From Planctomycetota bacterium (GTDB lineage Bacteria; Planctomycetota; GCA-002687715; DRQF01), in the NCBI GenBank assembly GCA_027001995.1, contig JALTLO010000099.1, forward strand, positions 742 through 53,815: DNA of 53,074 nt. Direction: 5' to 3'. Positions 9,611 through 19,156 of the stretch are shown here, piece after piece. The notes beneath the pieces are model-generated. The model did not search any database. It had not been told where the DNA came from and saw nothing but the letters and a program-made list of their open reading frames with translations. How positions within the stretch are numbered: the stretch's first letter is position 1; every line of letters begins with the position of its first letter. The translations under genes and the position numbers were made by a program.

Positions 9611-9871
9611 ACTTCAGGTCCAGTTGGTGGATCTCTTTTCGGACAACCATGGGAGGTGACACAGAGCAATGTTGATAGTCAATACCCGAAAAACGCCATT
9701 GATGATGGTAACGGTGCGACAGTCACGATTACGACCTGCCAGCGATCAGAAACCAAAATGACCACCACATCAGTTGCAAAGGCATTCAACATGCTGACGG
9801 ATCGACACGGCTCACCGAAGTCTGTCAAGGATACCCACATTGTAGGCCCTCAACGAAGGCGGTGATGGAAT

Positions 9872-11554
9872 TCATCTCTTCGCCAACACGCGTAGGGCGG
9901 CCAGCAAGGGCGTGTGATTCTGCAACAACCGATCGGTGCGAGTTTCCGATTGGCCACCTTTGGCCCTGAGGATTCTAAGAAGTTTCGTCTTGTTCGTGTC
10001 CGACCATGCCTTCAAGTCCGGGATGGCTACCACTATGGGCGCCAAGATTTCCCAGCCTTGTTTCTCGTCAACGGAAAGAGAGTTAAGGGAACCTACTCCC
10101 AGAGACTTCGCAACTTTCTTGATCGAATCTCGAACAGCAATGGAACGATTGCCTCCAAAAGTCTCAGCGGTATATCGGCTCATGGCGAGTCCAATTGCAC
10201 CTAGGTCCAAGGGGAAGTTGCGGCCACCTGAAAGATCGAAGTACGCTGAAGTTCGAGAAAGACGGTGCAACATCTTGCGGTCTGAGCGATAGTCCTTGGT
10301 CTCCTTCATTTTCTCCTCCTCGGCCAGTGCCAACTCTTCGACCTTTGGGTTTGATGCCCTAAATCCAAGCTTTCGGTAGAACCAAAAAGCCCCGGTCTTA
10401 ATCGCAGCTGGGTTGTTCTCGCCCATACCATAGGGGGTGAGGAAGAAGTAGTTGGCACCAATAACTTGGTGCAGAGCACGCATGAGTTGGGGATAGAGAA
10501 ACTGAACTTCTGCCCCTCGAAACTCAGGAAACAAGTTAAGGCCAATTTCGCAGCAACCCAAACTAACAGAACCCGGGCCATAAGCGATTGGGACACCATT
10601 CTTCATGAGAAAGCAAAAATAGTGGCATTCGAGAGGATCACGATAGAGGGGAATGACGCCAACCAAAGCGACAGTGAGCCCACGACCACACTCAACCAAG
10701 TTCACGTCCTTAGGATTGGCGTAGGTGAGCGTGCGAATCTCTAAGTTCCGAGCACTCAAAGCTAGAGTCGCTTGATGAATGAGCTCGATACCTTTGCGTT
10801 GGCTCAACCTGACAATTTTATCGAACTTCGTCCGGATCGTCTTTTCACACTGAGGCCTTTTGCGGTCGAGAACTCTTCTTTGAAAGTGAATCTGCTTTTG
10901 TTTCCAATGCACTTCACATCGGCCAGTTCCTGGCTCCAGGAGGCTGTAACGAATGGGGATTCTACAACTTTCGAAGATGTAGTCTTTCACTTGAGGTGGT
11001 AAAGAACTGTTCTCCAAGAGTGACAAAAGAAACTCCAGGTCACTTCTATCCTGGGGAGAGCGGCCAAGGGCAAACCAGTCCGGCAGATCTATGCTGATGT
11101 CATCGAGTCCTTGGCATTCCGCAGACGTTGCGATGAGGCCCAAGGCGTTGAGCAAACGCTCTTGTCCTTCCCACTCGAATTCTTGCCAATCAATTTCGAA
11201 ACAATCGGGCATGCGCTTGAGAAGTCTACTGATCCAGGGCAAGGAGTATTCATTTCGGTTGATCGCCCCCGGAAAACCACCATTTTCGAGGGCTGGATCC
11301 TCAGGATCAACTATCCCTGCATGAAGAAGCTGGCGGGCCCAATCCCTCGCCTTATGGACGGCGTTCAACAGGGCTTTGCTATCTGGATAGGCCGCCATGA
11401 AACAAAGCGCATCGCACAAAGTTTCAAGGTCAGAAACCCCCGGGGTTGGTTCAGTCAAAAGTGCTTGCAGAAGGTTAAGCTTCTTTTCTGCTGCTTCCTT
11501 CCCGAATGTACTGGCCAATTCTTGGAGCTGTGAGATCGTGTTTTTCTTGTTCAC
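9872..11554 (-). CDS. Hypothetical protein with a GNAT-like acetyl-CoA-binding motif in its C-terminal half
   Basis: 560-aa ORF; NLFPEFRGAE and NPAAIKTGAFWFYRKLGFR resemble GNAT motifs A and B. Confidence 0.7.
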   Translation of the reverse strand: MNKKNTISQLQELASTFGKEAAEKKLNLLQALLTEPTPGVSDLETLCDALCFMAAYPDSKALLNAVHKARDWARQLLHAGIVDPEDPALENGGFPGAINRNEYSLPWISRLLKRMPDCFEIDWQEFEWEGQERLLNALGLIATSAECQGLDDISIDLPDWFALGRSPQDRSDLEFLLSLLENSSLPPQVKDYIFESCRIPIRYSLLEPGTGRCEVHWKQKQIHFQRRVLDRKRPQCEKTIRTKFDKIVRLSQRKGIELIHQATLALSARNLEIRTLTYANPKDVNLVECGRGLTVALVGVIPLYRDPLECHYFCFLMKNGVPIAYGPGSVSLGCCEIGLNLFPEFRGAEVQFLYPQLMRALHQVIGANYFFLTPYGMGENNPAAIKTGAFWFYRKLGFRASNPKVEELALAEEEKMKETKDYRSDRKMLHRLSRTSAYFDLSGGRNFPLDLGAIGLAMSRYTAETFGGNRSIAVRDSIKKVAKSLGVGSLNSLSVDEKQGWEILAPIVVAIPDLKAWSDTNKTKLLRILRAKGGQSETRTDRLLQNHTPLLAALRVLAKR

Positions 11555-12258
11555 ATGACTTTCCCGAGGATTCCTTAGAGCTTCACCCCGATGGTATCAA
11601 GGGATTGTCTCCTGGTCGAGTGACGTAACTCCACAGCTCTATGCCGCCACCTTGCCAACAAGAACAGAGATTTCTGCCAAACACCCTACAGCCATGTATT
11701 TCGACGGCGTTTCGTCATTCCCAAGAAATCATCGATGCCAGGCAAGATTTCGTGGCATCGCTAGACTGAACGGACCTGACTTCACTTCAAAGTTGAGGGC
11801 GTTTGTTTGCACGAATACGCCGGGGGTTTCTTCTATCACTCATAGGAGGGTGAGCAAAAAAAGGAATGGCGATGACTGGGCCTGGGCGAAAACAGGGGAA
11901 GGGAGAAACCAATCTGGCCTACGGTCGAAGCCATGGTGAAAAGCTTAGGTGCAGAAACCGAAACATGGGGGCATGATTGACCCCAGACTCATTAGGCAGC
12001 AAGGGCCGCCCCAGGGCCAAAAGGGGCCACAAACAGTGCTACATCAAGAACTTGTAGAATCAAGGTGACAGAATAAGGGCAAGGCCTATCTTTGCAATTC
12101 CCCATGCTGCCTAACGATTTGCAAAGTAGACTACGAGCGCTGATGCAATCGACTCCAACACCCAAGCGCATAAGTCCGCGTGCCGCCCACCCTCTTGGTC
12201 TCCCACAGAGAACCCAGGAAATGGCTATAGTGAGGACGATTGAACCTGGAGAATTGCG

Positions 12259-14136
12259 ATGTTCGGTTTGAAGAGTGCTTGGATTGGGATCTTATTGCTC
12301 CTTCCTTTGGGAGTGGTTAACGCACAGGGACCACCCCGGCGGACAGCTTATGCTTCGGCTTGCGGCAGCGAAATGGGTTGGTTTACCGACCTGGAGGCAG
12401 CCAAAGCGGCCTCGAAGAAACAGAAGAAACCGATCTTTTGGTTTGTGCCCACAGCCTATCGCACCTTCATGGACCGCAAACAAGAACTCTACTGGAACAT
12501 GATGGCCGGGCCATTTTCGGATCCGGAAATTGTAACCTACATCAAAGAACGATTCATTCCCCTCAAGATGGGATTTCGATCTTTGATTCGACGGGGCAAG
12601 GAACTATCTGTACCAGAACGCAAAGTCGCGAAAAAGCTTGCGGCCCAGTACGACTTAGTGCAAGGCAAATTCATCGAACCTGGATTCATCTTGTTGAACC
12701 GCTCCGGAAAAGCTGTCCACACCATTGACCGCCTCTTGGTGTTTCAGCGCAATTGGTTCTTGAATCGGCTTGATGTTGTAACCAAGAAGAACAAGTCTTC
12801 TTTGGGCTACAAACCCTTGGCCTCAAAGGGTGCGCAATCAAAGCCTCTTGTCGCTCGAAACTTGATCGGCCAAGGCAAATTAGATGAAGCTCTCAAGTTC
12901 CTCGACACCATCCAGGGTGAAGAAACTCCAGAGGCAGAATGGCTCCGGGGTGTTTGCCATCACATGAAAAATGAGACCACCCAAGGCAATGAATCTTGGA
13001 AGGCTCTCATAGAGGCTCATGAAAAGAGCATCTGGGCCAGCAAGGCGAAGGTCGAGCTGGACGGCTTCGGCCCATTCCTCCACGGATTCGAAAGCTACCG
13101 AGATTTTTCTAGGCGGGCCATGAATCATAAAGACTTACGTCACAGCCGCACTTCAGGGAGCGAAGCAAATCAAGACCAAATGGTGGTCCGAGGATTGCGC
13201 CGCATCTTGGACATGCAACGTGAAGATGGCTCTTGGGATGACTCCCGCTACGATTTCGGCGGCTTAGATTCGATGCCAAACGTGCATGTAGCGGTCACGG
13301 CGATCGTGGCCAGAGCTCTTTTGGAATGGCGTGTGCAAGGTCCCAAAGCCGAAATCGACCGAGCTTTGGCCCGAGCAATCGTTTATCTGAAAGATGACTC
13401 CCATCTCAACCCTTATGACAAGGACGAGCTCATTTGGGCCTATGTCTATAGGCTCAACTTCTTCAGCCGCTTGATGGAAGAAGACAAAAAGAACGCTGAG
13501 AAACACGCAACGTTTCTGCAGAAATTGGTGACCGCGACTGAGAGTTTCCAGTTAGAAAAATCCGGAGCCTATCGCCATGAGTACGCCGCAGCCTTTACAT
13601 CCGCCAGCGTGATTCATGCCCTCTTCGTTGCCAAAGCCGCCGGTGCCCGCGTTTCAAAACCACGGCTCAAGGCCGCGACCAAGGCCATCGCCGGAGCCCG
13701 CGTGAAGAAGACCGGAGCCTTCGGCTATGGACTTCGTAATCGAGGAGGCGTTGAGCAAGCCGGTGGGCGTATGGCCTTATGCGAGCTTGCTCTTTACTTG
13801 GGAGGAGTATCGTCAGAGAAAAAGCTAAAAGACTCCATCGCCGAAGGATTCAAGCAACAAGGCAATTTCGAGATCGCCCGTAACTATGACGACCACATGC
13901 GCTCCCTCTATGGCATCGGCGGCTTTTTCTTCTGGTATGACATGCACGGCCGTGCCGAGGCCATCAGGCTATTAAAGGGCCAAAAGGCGGCAAAATGGCG
14001 AGAGGCCATGCGCAAGATCGTCTACGACACCCATGAAGCCGACGGTGGATGGATCGACTCCCATGAGTTGGGCAAGAGTTATGGCACGGCCATGGCATTG
14101 ACCGTGCTCAAGTTGATGCAAGAGCTCGAACAATAG
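12259..14136 (+). CDS. Secreted multidomain protein: thioredoxin-like, TPR and prenyltransferase/squalene-cyclase-like alpha-barrel
   Basis: Signal peptide ending VNA-Q; WFTDLEAAKAASKKQKKPIFW (thioredoxin_7-like, no CxxC); TPR-like helices; MQREDGSW and HEADGGW...YGTAMALTVL QW-type repeats; GGAG SD. Confidence 0.85.
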   Translation: MFGLKSAWIGILLLLPLGVVNAQGPPRRTAYASACGSEMGWFTDLEAAKAASKKQKKPIFWFVPTAYRTFMDRKQELYWNMMAGPFSDPEIVTYIKERFIPLKMGFRSLIRRGKELSVPERKVAKKLAAQYDLVQGKFIEPGFILLNRSGKAVHTIDRLLVFQRNWFLNRLDVVTKKNKSSLGYKPLASKGAQSKPLVARNLIGQGKLDEALKFLDTIQGEETPEAEWLRGVCHHMKNETTQGNESWKALIEAHEKSIWASKAKVELDGFGPFLHGFESYRDFSRRAMNHKDLRHSRTSGSEANQDQMVVRGLRRILDMQREDGSWDDSRYDFGGLDSMPNVHVAVTAIVARALLEWRVQGPKAEIDRALARAIVYLKDDSHLNPYDKDELIWAYVYRLNFFSRLMEEDKKNAEKHATFLQKLVTATESFQLEKSGAYRHEYAAAFTSASVIHALFVAKAAGARVSKPRLKAATKAIAGARVKKTGAFGYGLRNRGGVEQAGGRMALCELALYLGGVSSEKKLKDSIAEGFKQQGNFEIARNYDDHMRSLYGIGGFFFWYDMHGRAEAIRLLKGQKAAKWREAMRKIVYDTHEADGGWIDSHELGKSYGTAMALTVLKLMQELEQ

Positions 14137-14150
14137 ATGGGGAAGATCTA
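14069..14150 (+). repeat. 82-bp direct repeat, left copy (3' end of the 12259-14136 gene plus 14 nt)
   Basis: Matches 15979-16060 with 5 mismatches by manual alignment. Confidence 0.95.
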
Positions 14151-14214
14151 AGATACGCCGTGAAAAAATCCGAGGTGGAGATCTCAACGACGATTGACGA
14201 ATCCCAAGGTTCCT

Positions 14215-15696
14215 CTAACACCCAGGTGGAATTCGCGCCGCCTGAACGTCAAGATTATCGATCAAATTGCCACGGTGGTCCAGCAAAAAGGGCCAGCCGT
14301 GCCCGTCCAACTCGACCGTCACAATTTGTCCCCGTGCCCATGGATCTTCCCACCCAGGAGCGTTGCCCACCACAACCTCAAGAGGCGCATTCACCTGAAA
14401 AGCCTGTTGGCCTATTCGGTTGAGTCGTCCATCGTGAACGGCCGCCCACGGCGCATTAAGGAGTTCGTCCAGGAAACCCCACCTTAGCCGTGAGCAACCA
14501 TGCAAACGGCCATATTGATAAAGTGCATAGAGCGCTTTCACATCTGACTCCATCCGCCTGCGCAATTTGGTCGCTTTATTCTCCTTCAAATAACCCATCA
14601 TTGTCTTCTTCGCACCAAAGGGTCGGCTTAAGCCACAGGTACCTGAGACGATTAAGTCCAAAGTGATCTTGAGAGTGCGCCCTTGGCGATTCAGAGACAT
14701 CGTTTTCTGTGGAGGTCCAAGTTCTCCCAGGCGTTTTGCACTCGCGTCGAATTTGAGCACCCGCATGAGCTTCCGAACGTCGACGCCAGCAATGATGTCG
14801 TAGTCTGCAAGCCGCTTCGCACCTTCCGCGATGGTGTCTTTCGTGTAGGTCTTGATCTCATGTTCACCAACATCTAAAAGGGTCAACACCTGCGGGTTGT
14901 CAGTTGGAAAGCCATGAACAATGACACGGCTCATGCACGACAAGGCCTTGGCTTCAGCATCGGCTTCAGCCTGGGCTCTTAACCGCCACTCTATCAGCTC
15001 GACTGGATCCATCATTGGCCGTTTTCGCGCACTCTCAACTTGACTACGCACAGCTTGCCTAGCCGAGCGCAAGGCATCATGCCCAACAACGATGTGCCAA
15101 TAGCCATCCTCCGCCACACGAATAGCGGCACCCTTCCTCCAGTACTTGGCTGAGTCAAGGGAGAGAAGCCCCCATCCTCCCTGCGCTGCAGCAAAGGCAA
15201 CCACGGCGCTGCCGGGCATCGCTTCTCCATGAGCATCCAAAATGCAAAGAGCAAGACGCTGCGCCGAGGTGGAGTTGGGAATCCCATTCCGCCAAGCTTC
15301 TTCCAAATAGGCGATCGTCAAAGGATCTTCTACAGATGGCAGCGGTTTAGATTCTTGGCTTTCAACTGATTTCCTTTGAACCTTCGGGCCACTCAGCCCA
15401 AGCCGGAAAGACAAGAAATCGGCCTCTCGATCATGAGGATCAAGAGAGTACTCTTCACCATCGCGATAGATCGGAGCTGTTCCTGGTCGGCAGCGTTTGA
15501 GGCTAGCCAGGGCCTTTTCAACAGAGCACCGCCCAGCTTCTTCAAAGCGCTGGGCTACTTCGAGCAAAGTGACGGGCCCACCCCGTTCTAAGAGCACCAC
15601 GAACATGAGCGCGTAGAAGCCAACACCGCTCTTGCCCATGACGTCTTCCAGCTTGGGGACATCGATCCCAAGCACTTCACAATAGAGATTTGACAT
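14215..15696 (-). CDS. Hypothetical protein (493 aa) inside the repeat-bounded insert
   Basis: Long ORF with an AAGGA SD. Two N-terminal winged-helix-like segments; the C-terminal half has an RNase H/DEDD-like pattern (RRMESDVKALYALY). Confidence 0.8.
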   Translation of the reverse strand: MSNLYCEVLGIDVPKLEDVMGKSGVGFYALMFVVLLERGGPVTLLEVAQRFEEAGRCSVEKALASLKRCRPGTAPIYRDGEEYSLDPHDREADFLSFRLGLSGPKVQRKSVESQESKPLPSVEDPLTIAYLEEAWRNGIPNSTSAQRLALCILDAHGEAMPGSAVVAFAAAQGGWGLLSLDSAKYWRKGAAIRVAEDGYWHIVVGHDALRSARQAVRSQVESARKRPMMDPVELIEWRLRAQAEADAEAKALSCMSRVIVHGFPTDNPQVLTLLDVGEHEIKTYTKDTIAEGAKRLADYDIIAGVDVRKLMRVLKFDASAKRLGELGPPQKTMSLNRQGRTLKITLDLIVSGTCGLSRPFGAKKTMMGYLKENKATKLRRRMESDVKALYALYQYGRLHGCSRLRWGFLDELLNAPWAAVHDGRLNRIGQQAFQVNAPLEVVVGNAPGWEDPWARGQIVTVELDGHGWPFLLDHRGNLIDNLDVQAARIPPGC

Positions 15697-15780
15697 GGTT
15701 TATCCTTTGAATGCGACCAACCCATTCTGCGAAATAGATCCCGTCTTGACCAACACAAATCCCCGCCAATACTCAAGAAG

Positions 15781-15853
15781 CGGGGCGTACCCCAGCCCCA
15801 TGGGCGATACGTTCGCGACGTAGAGGTCGGTGGTTCAAATCCACTCGCCCCGA
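15781..15853 (+). tRNA. tRNA-Pro-derived (pseudo)tRNA with anticodon CGC
   Basis: Acceptor stem CGGGGCG/CGCCCCG plus A73; T arm GGTGG-TTCAAAT-CCACT; anticodon arm ATACG-TTCGCGA-CGTAG. The D arm is damaged (C10, no GG in the loop) and no CCA is encoded. Confidence 0.8.
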
Positions 15854-15978
15854 TTCAACTAGCCGTCAATGTTGCAACGACATGCGCACCAAGGTTTTTT
15901 CTGGAGATGCTCTCGGAGTATTTTCTGCGCTAGATTCCACAAGAATCGCTCCTCGAGAAGGCACTGCTAAGGAAAGGG

Positions 15979-16060
15979 TGGGCAAAAGTCATGGCACGGC
16001 CATGGTATTGACCGTGCTCAAGTTGATGCAAGAGCTCAAACAATAGATGTGGAAGATCTA
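15979..16060 (+). repeat. 82-bp direct repeat, right copy; includes the ilvE stop codon
   Basis: Matches 14069-14150; its last three bases (CTA) are the minus-strand TAG of ilvE. Confidence 0.95.
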
Positions 16061-16975
16061 TTGGATGCGGTGAAGCCAGGATTCATATTCTGGCTTGCCG
16101 CCCCGAACAGCGGAAAGATAGGTGTCTTGCACTTCTTTTGAAATTGGCCCTGGCATACCGCTGCCGACTTGGCGGTTGTCCACTTCTCTCACCGGTGTCA
16201 CTTCCGCAGCGGTGCCGCACATGAAAATTTCATCTGCTATGTAGAGTTCATCTCGGGTGATGGTGCGTTCGATTACTTCGTGACCCATGTCGTTTATGAT
16301 GCGAATAGCTGAGTCCCGGGTGAGGCCGCCCAAGACACTCGACAGAGGTGGAGTGGACACTTGACCATTCCGAACGATGAAGAGATTTTCGCCGCTAGCC
16401 TCGACAACATGACCTGTGGTGTCGAGCATGATGGCTTCATCATAGCCGTCATTGACGGCCTCCCGTTTCGCCAAGATATTGTTGACATACATGCCGTTGA
16501 TCTTGCCTTTGAGCATGTGGGAATTGACATGGCTCCGGGCGAAGGAAGAGACCTTGGCGCGGATACCATTCTTCATGCCCTCTTCGCCCAAATAAGCGCC
16601 CCACTCGAAGGCCGCCACCATGGATAAGGGTGGGTTGTGGATGGACGCCAAACCCAATTCGCCGAATCCGACACAGAGCGCCGGGCGCAAATAGGCACCT
16701 TTTAGCCCATTGACGGTAATGATGGTTTCGCACGCTTTCACCCATTCTTCCTGGGAATGCGGATTGTCGAGTTGAATAATGTGAGCCGACTCGCACAGGC
16801 GCCGGATATGTTCTTCAAGACGGAAGATAGCGCGGCCACCATCGTTTAGTTCGTAGCAGCGGATTCCCTCAAAAACACCAAAACCGTAGTGGATAACGTG
16901 AGAAAGGACGTGAGTTTGTGCGTCAGCCCAAGGAACCAGCTCACCATTCATCCAAATCTTGTCAACGGCTTTCAC
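16058..16975 (-). CDS. ilvE: Branched-chain amino acid aminotransferase
   Basis: IWMNGELVPW, HYGFGVFEGIR, KGKINGMY (PLP lysine), GYDEAIMLD, EASGENLF, LGGLTR, ADEIFMCGTAAEVTPV. GTG start at 16975 has a GGGAGA SD. Confidence 0.96.
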   Translation of the reverse strand: MKAVDKIWMNGELVPWADAQTHVLSHVIHYGFGVFEGIRCYELNDGGRAIFRLEEHIRRLCESAHIIQLDNPHSQEEWVKACETIITVNGLKGAYLRPALCVGFGELGLASIHNPPLSMVAAFEWGAYLGEEGMKNGIRAKVSSFARSHVNSHMLKGKINGMYVNNILAKREAVNDGYDEAIMLDTTGHVVEASGENLFIVRNGQVSTPPLSSVLGGLTRDSAIRIINDMGHEVIERTITRDELYIADEIFMCGTAAEVTPVREVDNRQVGSGMPGPISKEVQDTYLSAVRGGKPEYESWLHRIQ

Positions 16976-17103
16976 GTGTATCTCCCAGTTGTACGAAATG
17001 TCACAGGCGGATCTGGGGCCGAATCGAGGGCGCCAGAAAATCAACATTTGTGTTTGGTCTCGTCCTGAGGCAAAGTCAGGTTTTCCACCAAGGACTGAAC
17101 ATC

Positions 17104-17469
17104 ATGAGCACAATTGAGACTTTTGACAATCCCCACCCCCAGAGGGACTACTCCATTCAGCATGAAGTGGAAGAATTCACCTCTGTATGCCCGATGACGG
17201 GCCATCCAGACTTTGCCGAGATGACCATCGTCTATGGCCCAGGTGCCAAGTGCGTCGAGTTAAAAAGCCTCAAACTTTATCTTCAAGGTTATCGAAATGA
17301 GGGCATTTTCTACGAAGACGTCACCAACAAGATCTTGACCGACCTGGTTGCGGCTTGCCAGCCAGAGTGGTTGGAGTTGGAAACGCGCTGGTCGACCCGT
17401 GGTGGAATTCACTCCATCATCAACGTTTCCTACGCCGAAGGGGATGATGACGAAGAAGCCCAGGCTTAG
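17104..17469 (+). CDS. queF: NADPH-dependent 7-cyano-7-deazaguanine reductase (type I QueF)
   Basis: EFTSVCPMTGHPDFA, VELKSLKLYL, YRNEGIFYE, TRGGI; start MSTIETF follows an AGGA SD. Confidence 0.95.
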   Translation: MSTIETFDNPHPQRDYSIQHEVEEFTSVCPMTGHPDFAEMTIVYGPGAKCVELKSLKLYLQGYRNEGIFYEDVTNKILTDLVAACQPEWLELETRWSTRGGIHSIINVSYAEGDDDEEAQA

Positions 17470-17619
17470 CCCGCCTTGTTCAAGACCGGAGGGGGGGCTT
17501 GGGCCCGATTCTTGGCATTTGATCTCGGGGCCCACCTTTTTTGGTGGGTCACCCCAGTCTTCTTATTGATATTTCTTAACGTGAGACAATAAGAAGCCAG
17601 CGAAACGTATAGGCCTCAC

Positions 17620-18042
17620 ATGAAGTTTCCGAAAGCCAGCCAAGTTCTGACCCGACCACTTTTTCTGTTCTGCACCTTGGCCTTGGTCGTCAGTTTTTTC
17701 TTGGCGCCTCAGGGAAGTGGTCCAGCCCTCTGCGGGGTCTATCGGCTCACAGGTTTCCCCTGTTTCGGCTGTGGCATGACCCGGGCCATCACCAGCATAT
17801 CCCACCTCAACTTGGCATTGGCTTGGCAGTATCACCCCTGGGGGTTGCTACTTTGGCCCTTCATGCTGGTATTTGGGGTGGTGGGGATTCGGGCTTCTTG
17901 GAGTGAGACCCTCAATCAGCGGATTCGCAAGAATGACTCTTGGGCGACTCCGGCCCTGTGGATTTCTGTCCTTTTGTTCTTGGCCTTCGGCATCATCCGT
18001 TTGTTCTTTGCCGACGAGTGGATTGGTCATCGTTTTCATTAG
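17620..18042 (+). CDS. DUF2752 family membrane protein
   Basis: C..YRLTGFPCFGCGMTRA...AWQYHPWG plus flanking TM helices. Confidence 0.88.
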   Translation: MKFPKASQVLTRPLFLFCTLALVVSFFLAPQGSGPALCGVYRLTGFPCFGCGMTRAITSISHLNLALAWQYHPWGLLLWPFMLVFGVVGIRASWSETLNQRIRKNDSWATPALWISVLLFLAFGIIRLFFADEWIGHRFH

Positions 18043-18171
18043 TCGGAAAGACTCGCTCCCCTTGGGCGTCTTGAGTTCTCAGTTTTTTTTATCAAACATG
18101 AGATAGCTGTTTTCGTTCAGCATGATGATGGATGAAGCGCAATGGATGATTGTGCTGGGAAAACCAATAAC

Positions 18172-18540
18172 ATGCAAAACTTGATCCGACCTTTGTCCTT
18201 CGTATTCCTCTTCCTCTGCGCCGCGACCCTCATGGGCTGCATTAGCTTGGGGAATAGCCGCACCACAACAATTGCCACTGTAGCCCCAGGAGGCTCGATT
18301 GCCCTGACTGACATGAACTGCGACTTATATGTCGAGAATGACGGTCCGGGGGAATTGGAAGTCACCGTTCGAAGTCAAACCGGCGATATCCTGATCGAGA
18401 AGACCTTGGCCCCTCAAACGTCCTGTACGGTCTTCGCCGGTAAGGGCGAGACCTTCCACGCCGCGAATAGCTCAAAATCCAACACGGGCTTTCGAGTCAA
18501 ACGGATGCCTCATGGAAACGAAGGCAACCAAGGCAAGTAG
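18172..18540 (+). CDS. Hypothetical lipoprotein
   Basis: MQNLIRPLSFVFLFLCAATLMG-C lipobox-like signal; beta-rich mature part. The ORF track starts at 18142. Confidence 0.65.
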   Translation: MQNLIRPLSFVFLFLCAATLMGCISLGNSRTTTIATVAPGGSIALTDMNCDLYVENDGPGELEVTVRSQTGDILIEKTLAPQTSCTVFAGKGETFHAANSSKSNTGFRVKRMPHGNEGNQGK

Positions 18541-18584
18541 AAAGATGGCTTCCAGGGAGAATCAAATCTCCCTGGTTCCCCCTG

Positions 18585-18911
18585 CTAACTCTCTTGGGCT
18601 GAGGCCAATTCATCGCCCCAATCTCGCAAGCGTTTATAGGTGAAAATGCCAGTGGAATGGGCGTCAGTAAAAGTGATGGTGAAAGCATAGGAGCCCACCT
18701 GTTTCATATTCTCGACTCGAACATAATCAACATCTTCTGGTTTGACCCGTATCTCACCAGTCCACTCATCGACGCAATGAGCGCATGGGCATTTTGCCCG
18801 CAAGTAGTTCATGGGCAAGATGGTCTCAACGCCATCCCCCCATTTGATCGCTACATGGTCACCATCGGGTTTGCTGAGGCCCTTGGGTTGATATTTCTCG
18901 CCATAACTCAT
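18585..18911 (-). CDS. DUF971 / GBBH-like N-terminal domain protein
   Basis: YLRAKCPCAHC, VGSYA, FTDAHSTGIFTY. Confidence 0.9.
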   Translation of the reverse strand: MSYGEKYQPKGLSKPDGDHVAIKWGDGVETILPMNYLRAKCPCAHCVDEWTGEIRVKPEDVDYVRVENMKQVGSYAFTITFTDAHSTGIFTYKRLRDWGDELASAQES

Positions 18912-19156
18912 GATTCGATCTTTCTACTACCGTGTGTTCCGTGTCGGGACATAGTAACGGCAGGAATTCCCAGATCCAATCACTCCCAAGGAGCGATCAC
19001 CTCAAAAGCCCTGGTCGTCTCATTTTGATAATCTCTCCAAAATTTTCCAGTTCCAAGACAATTGTAGGATTAGGCAAAGAAGCATGACAGGATGAGTACT
19101 TGAGAATAGTCTCCTCGTGCCACGCCATCACCAAAACCCATACTTTGCGACTCGTC

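Noticed and set aside
11555..12258. 700-bp gap with a 10-bp inverted pair (TTAGGCAGCA / TGCTGCCTAA) and a minus-strand peptide VIEETPGVFVQTNALNFEV (~11783-11839) resembling a secreted-protein C-terminus
   Set aside because: No coherent RNA family or intact ORF could be supported; probably promoter DNA plus gene debris.
16976..17103. Possible preQ1 riboswitch upstream of queF
   Set aside because: No preQ1 stem-loop with an A-rich tail is visible; the short region is shared with the divergent ilvE promoter.
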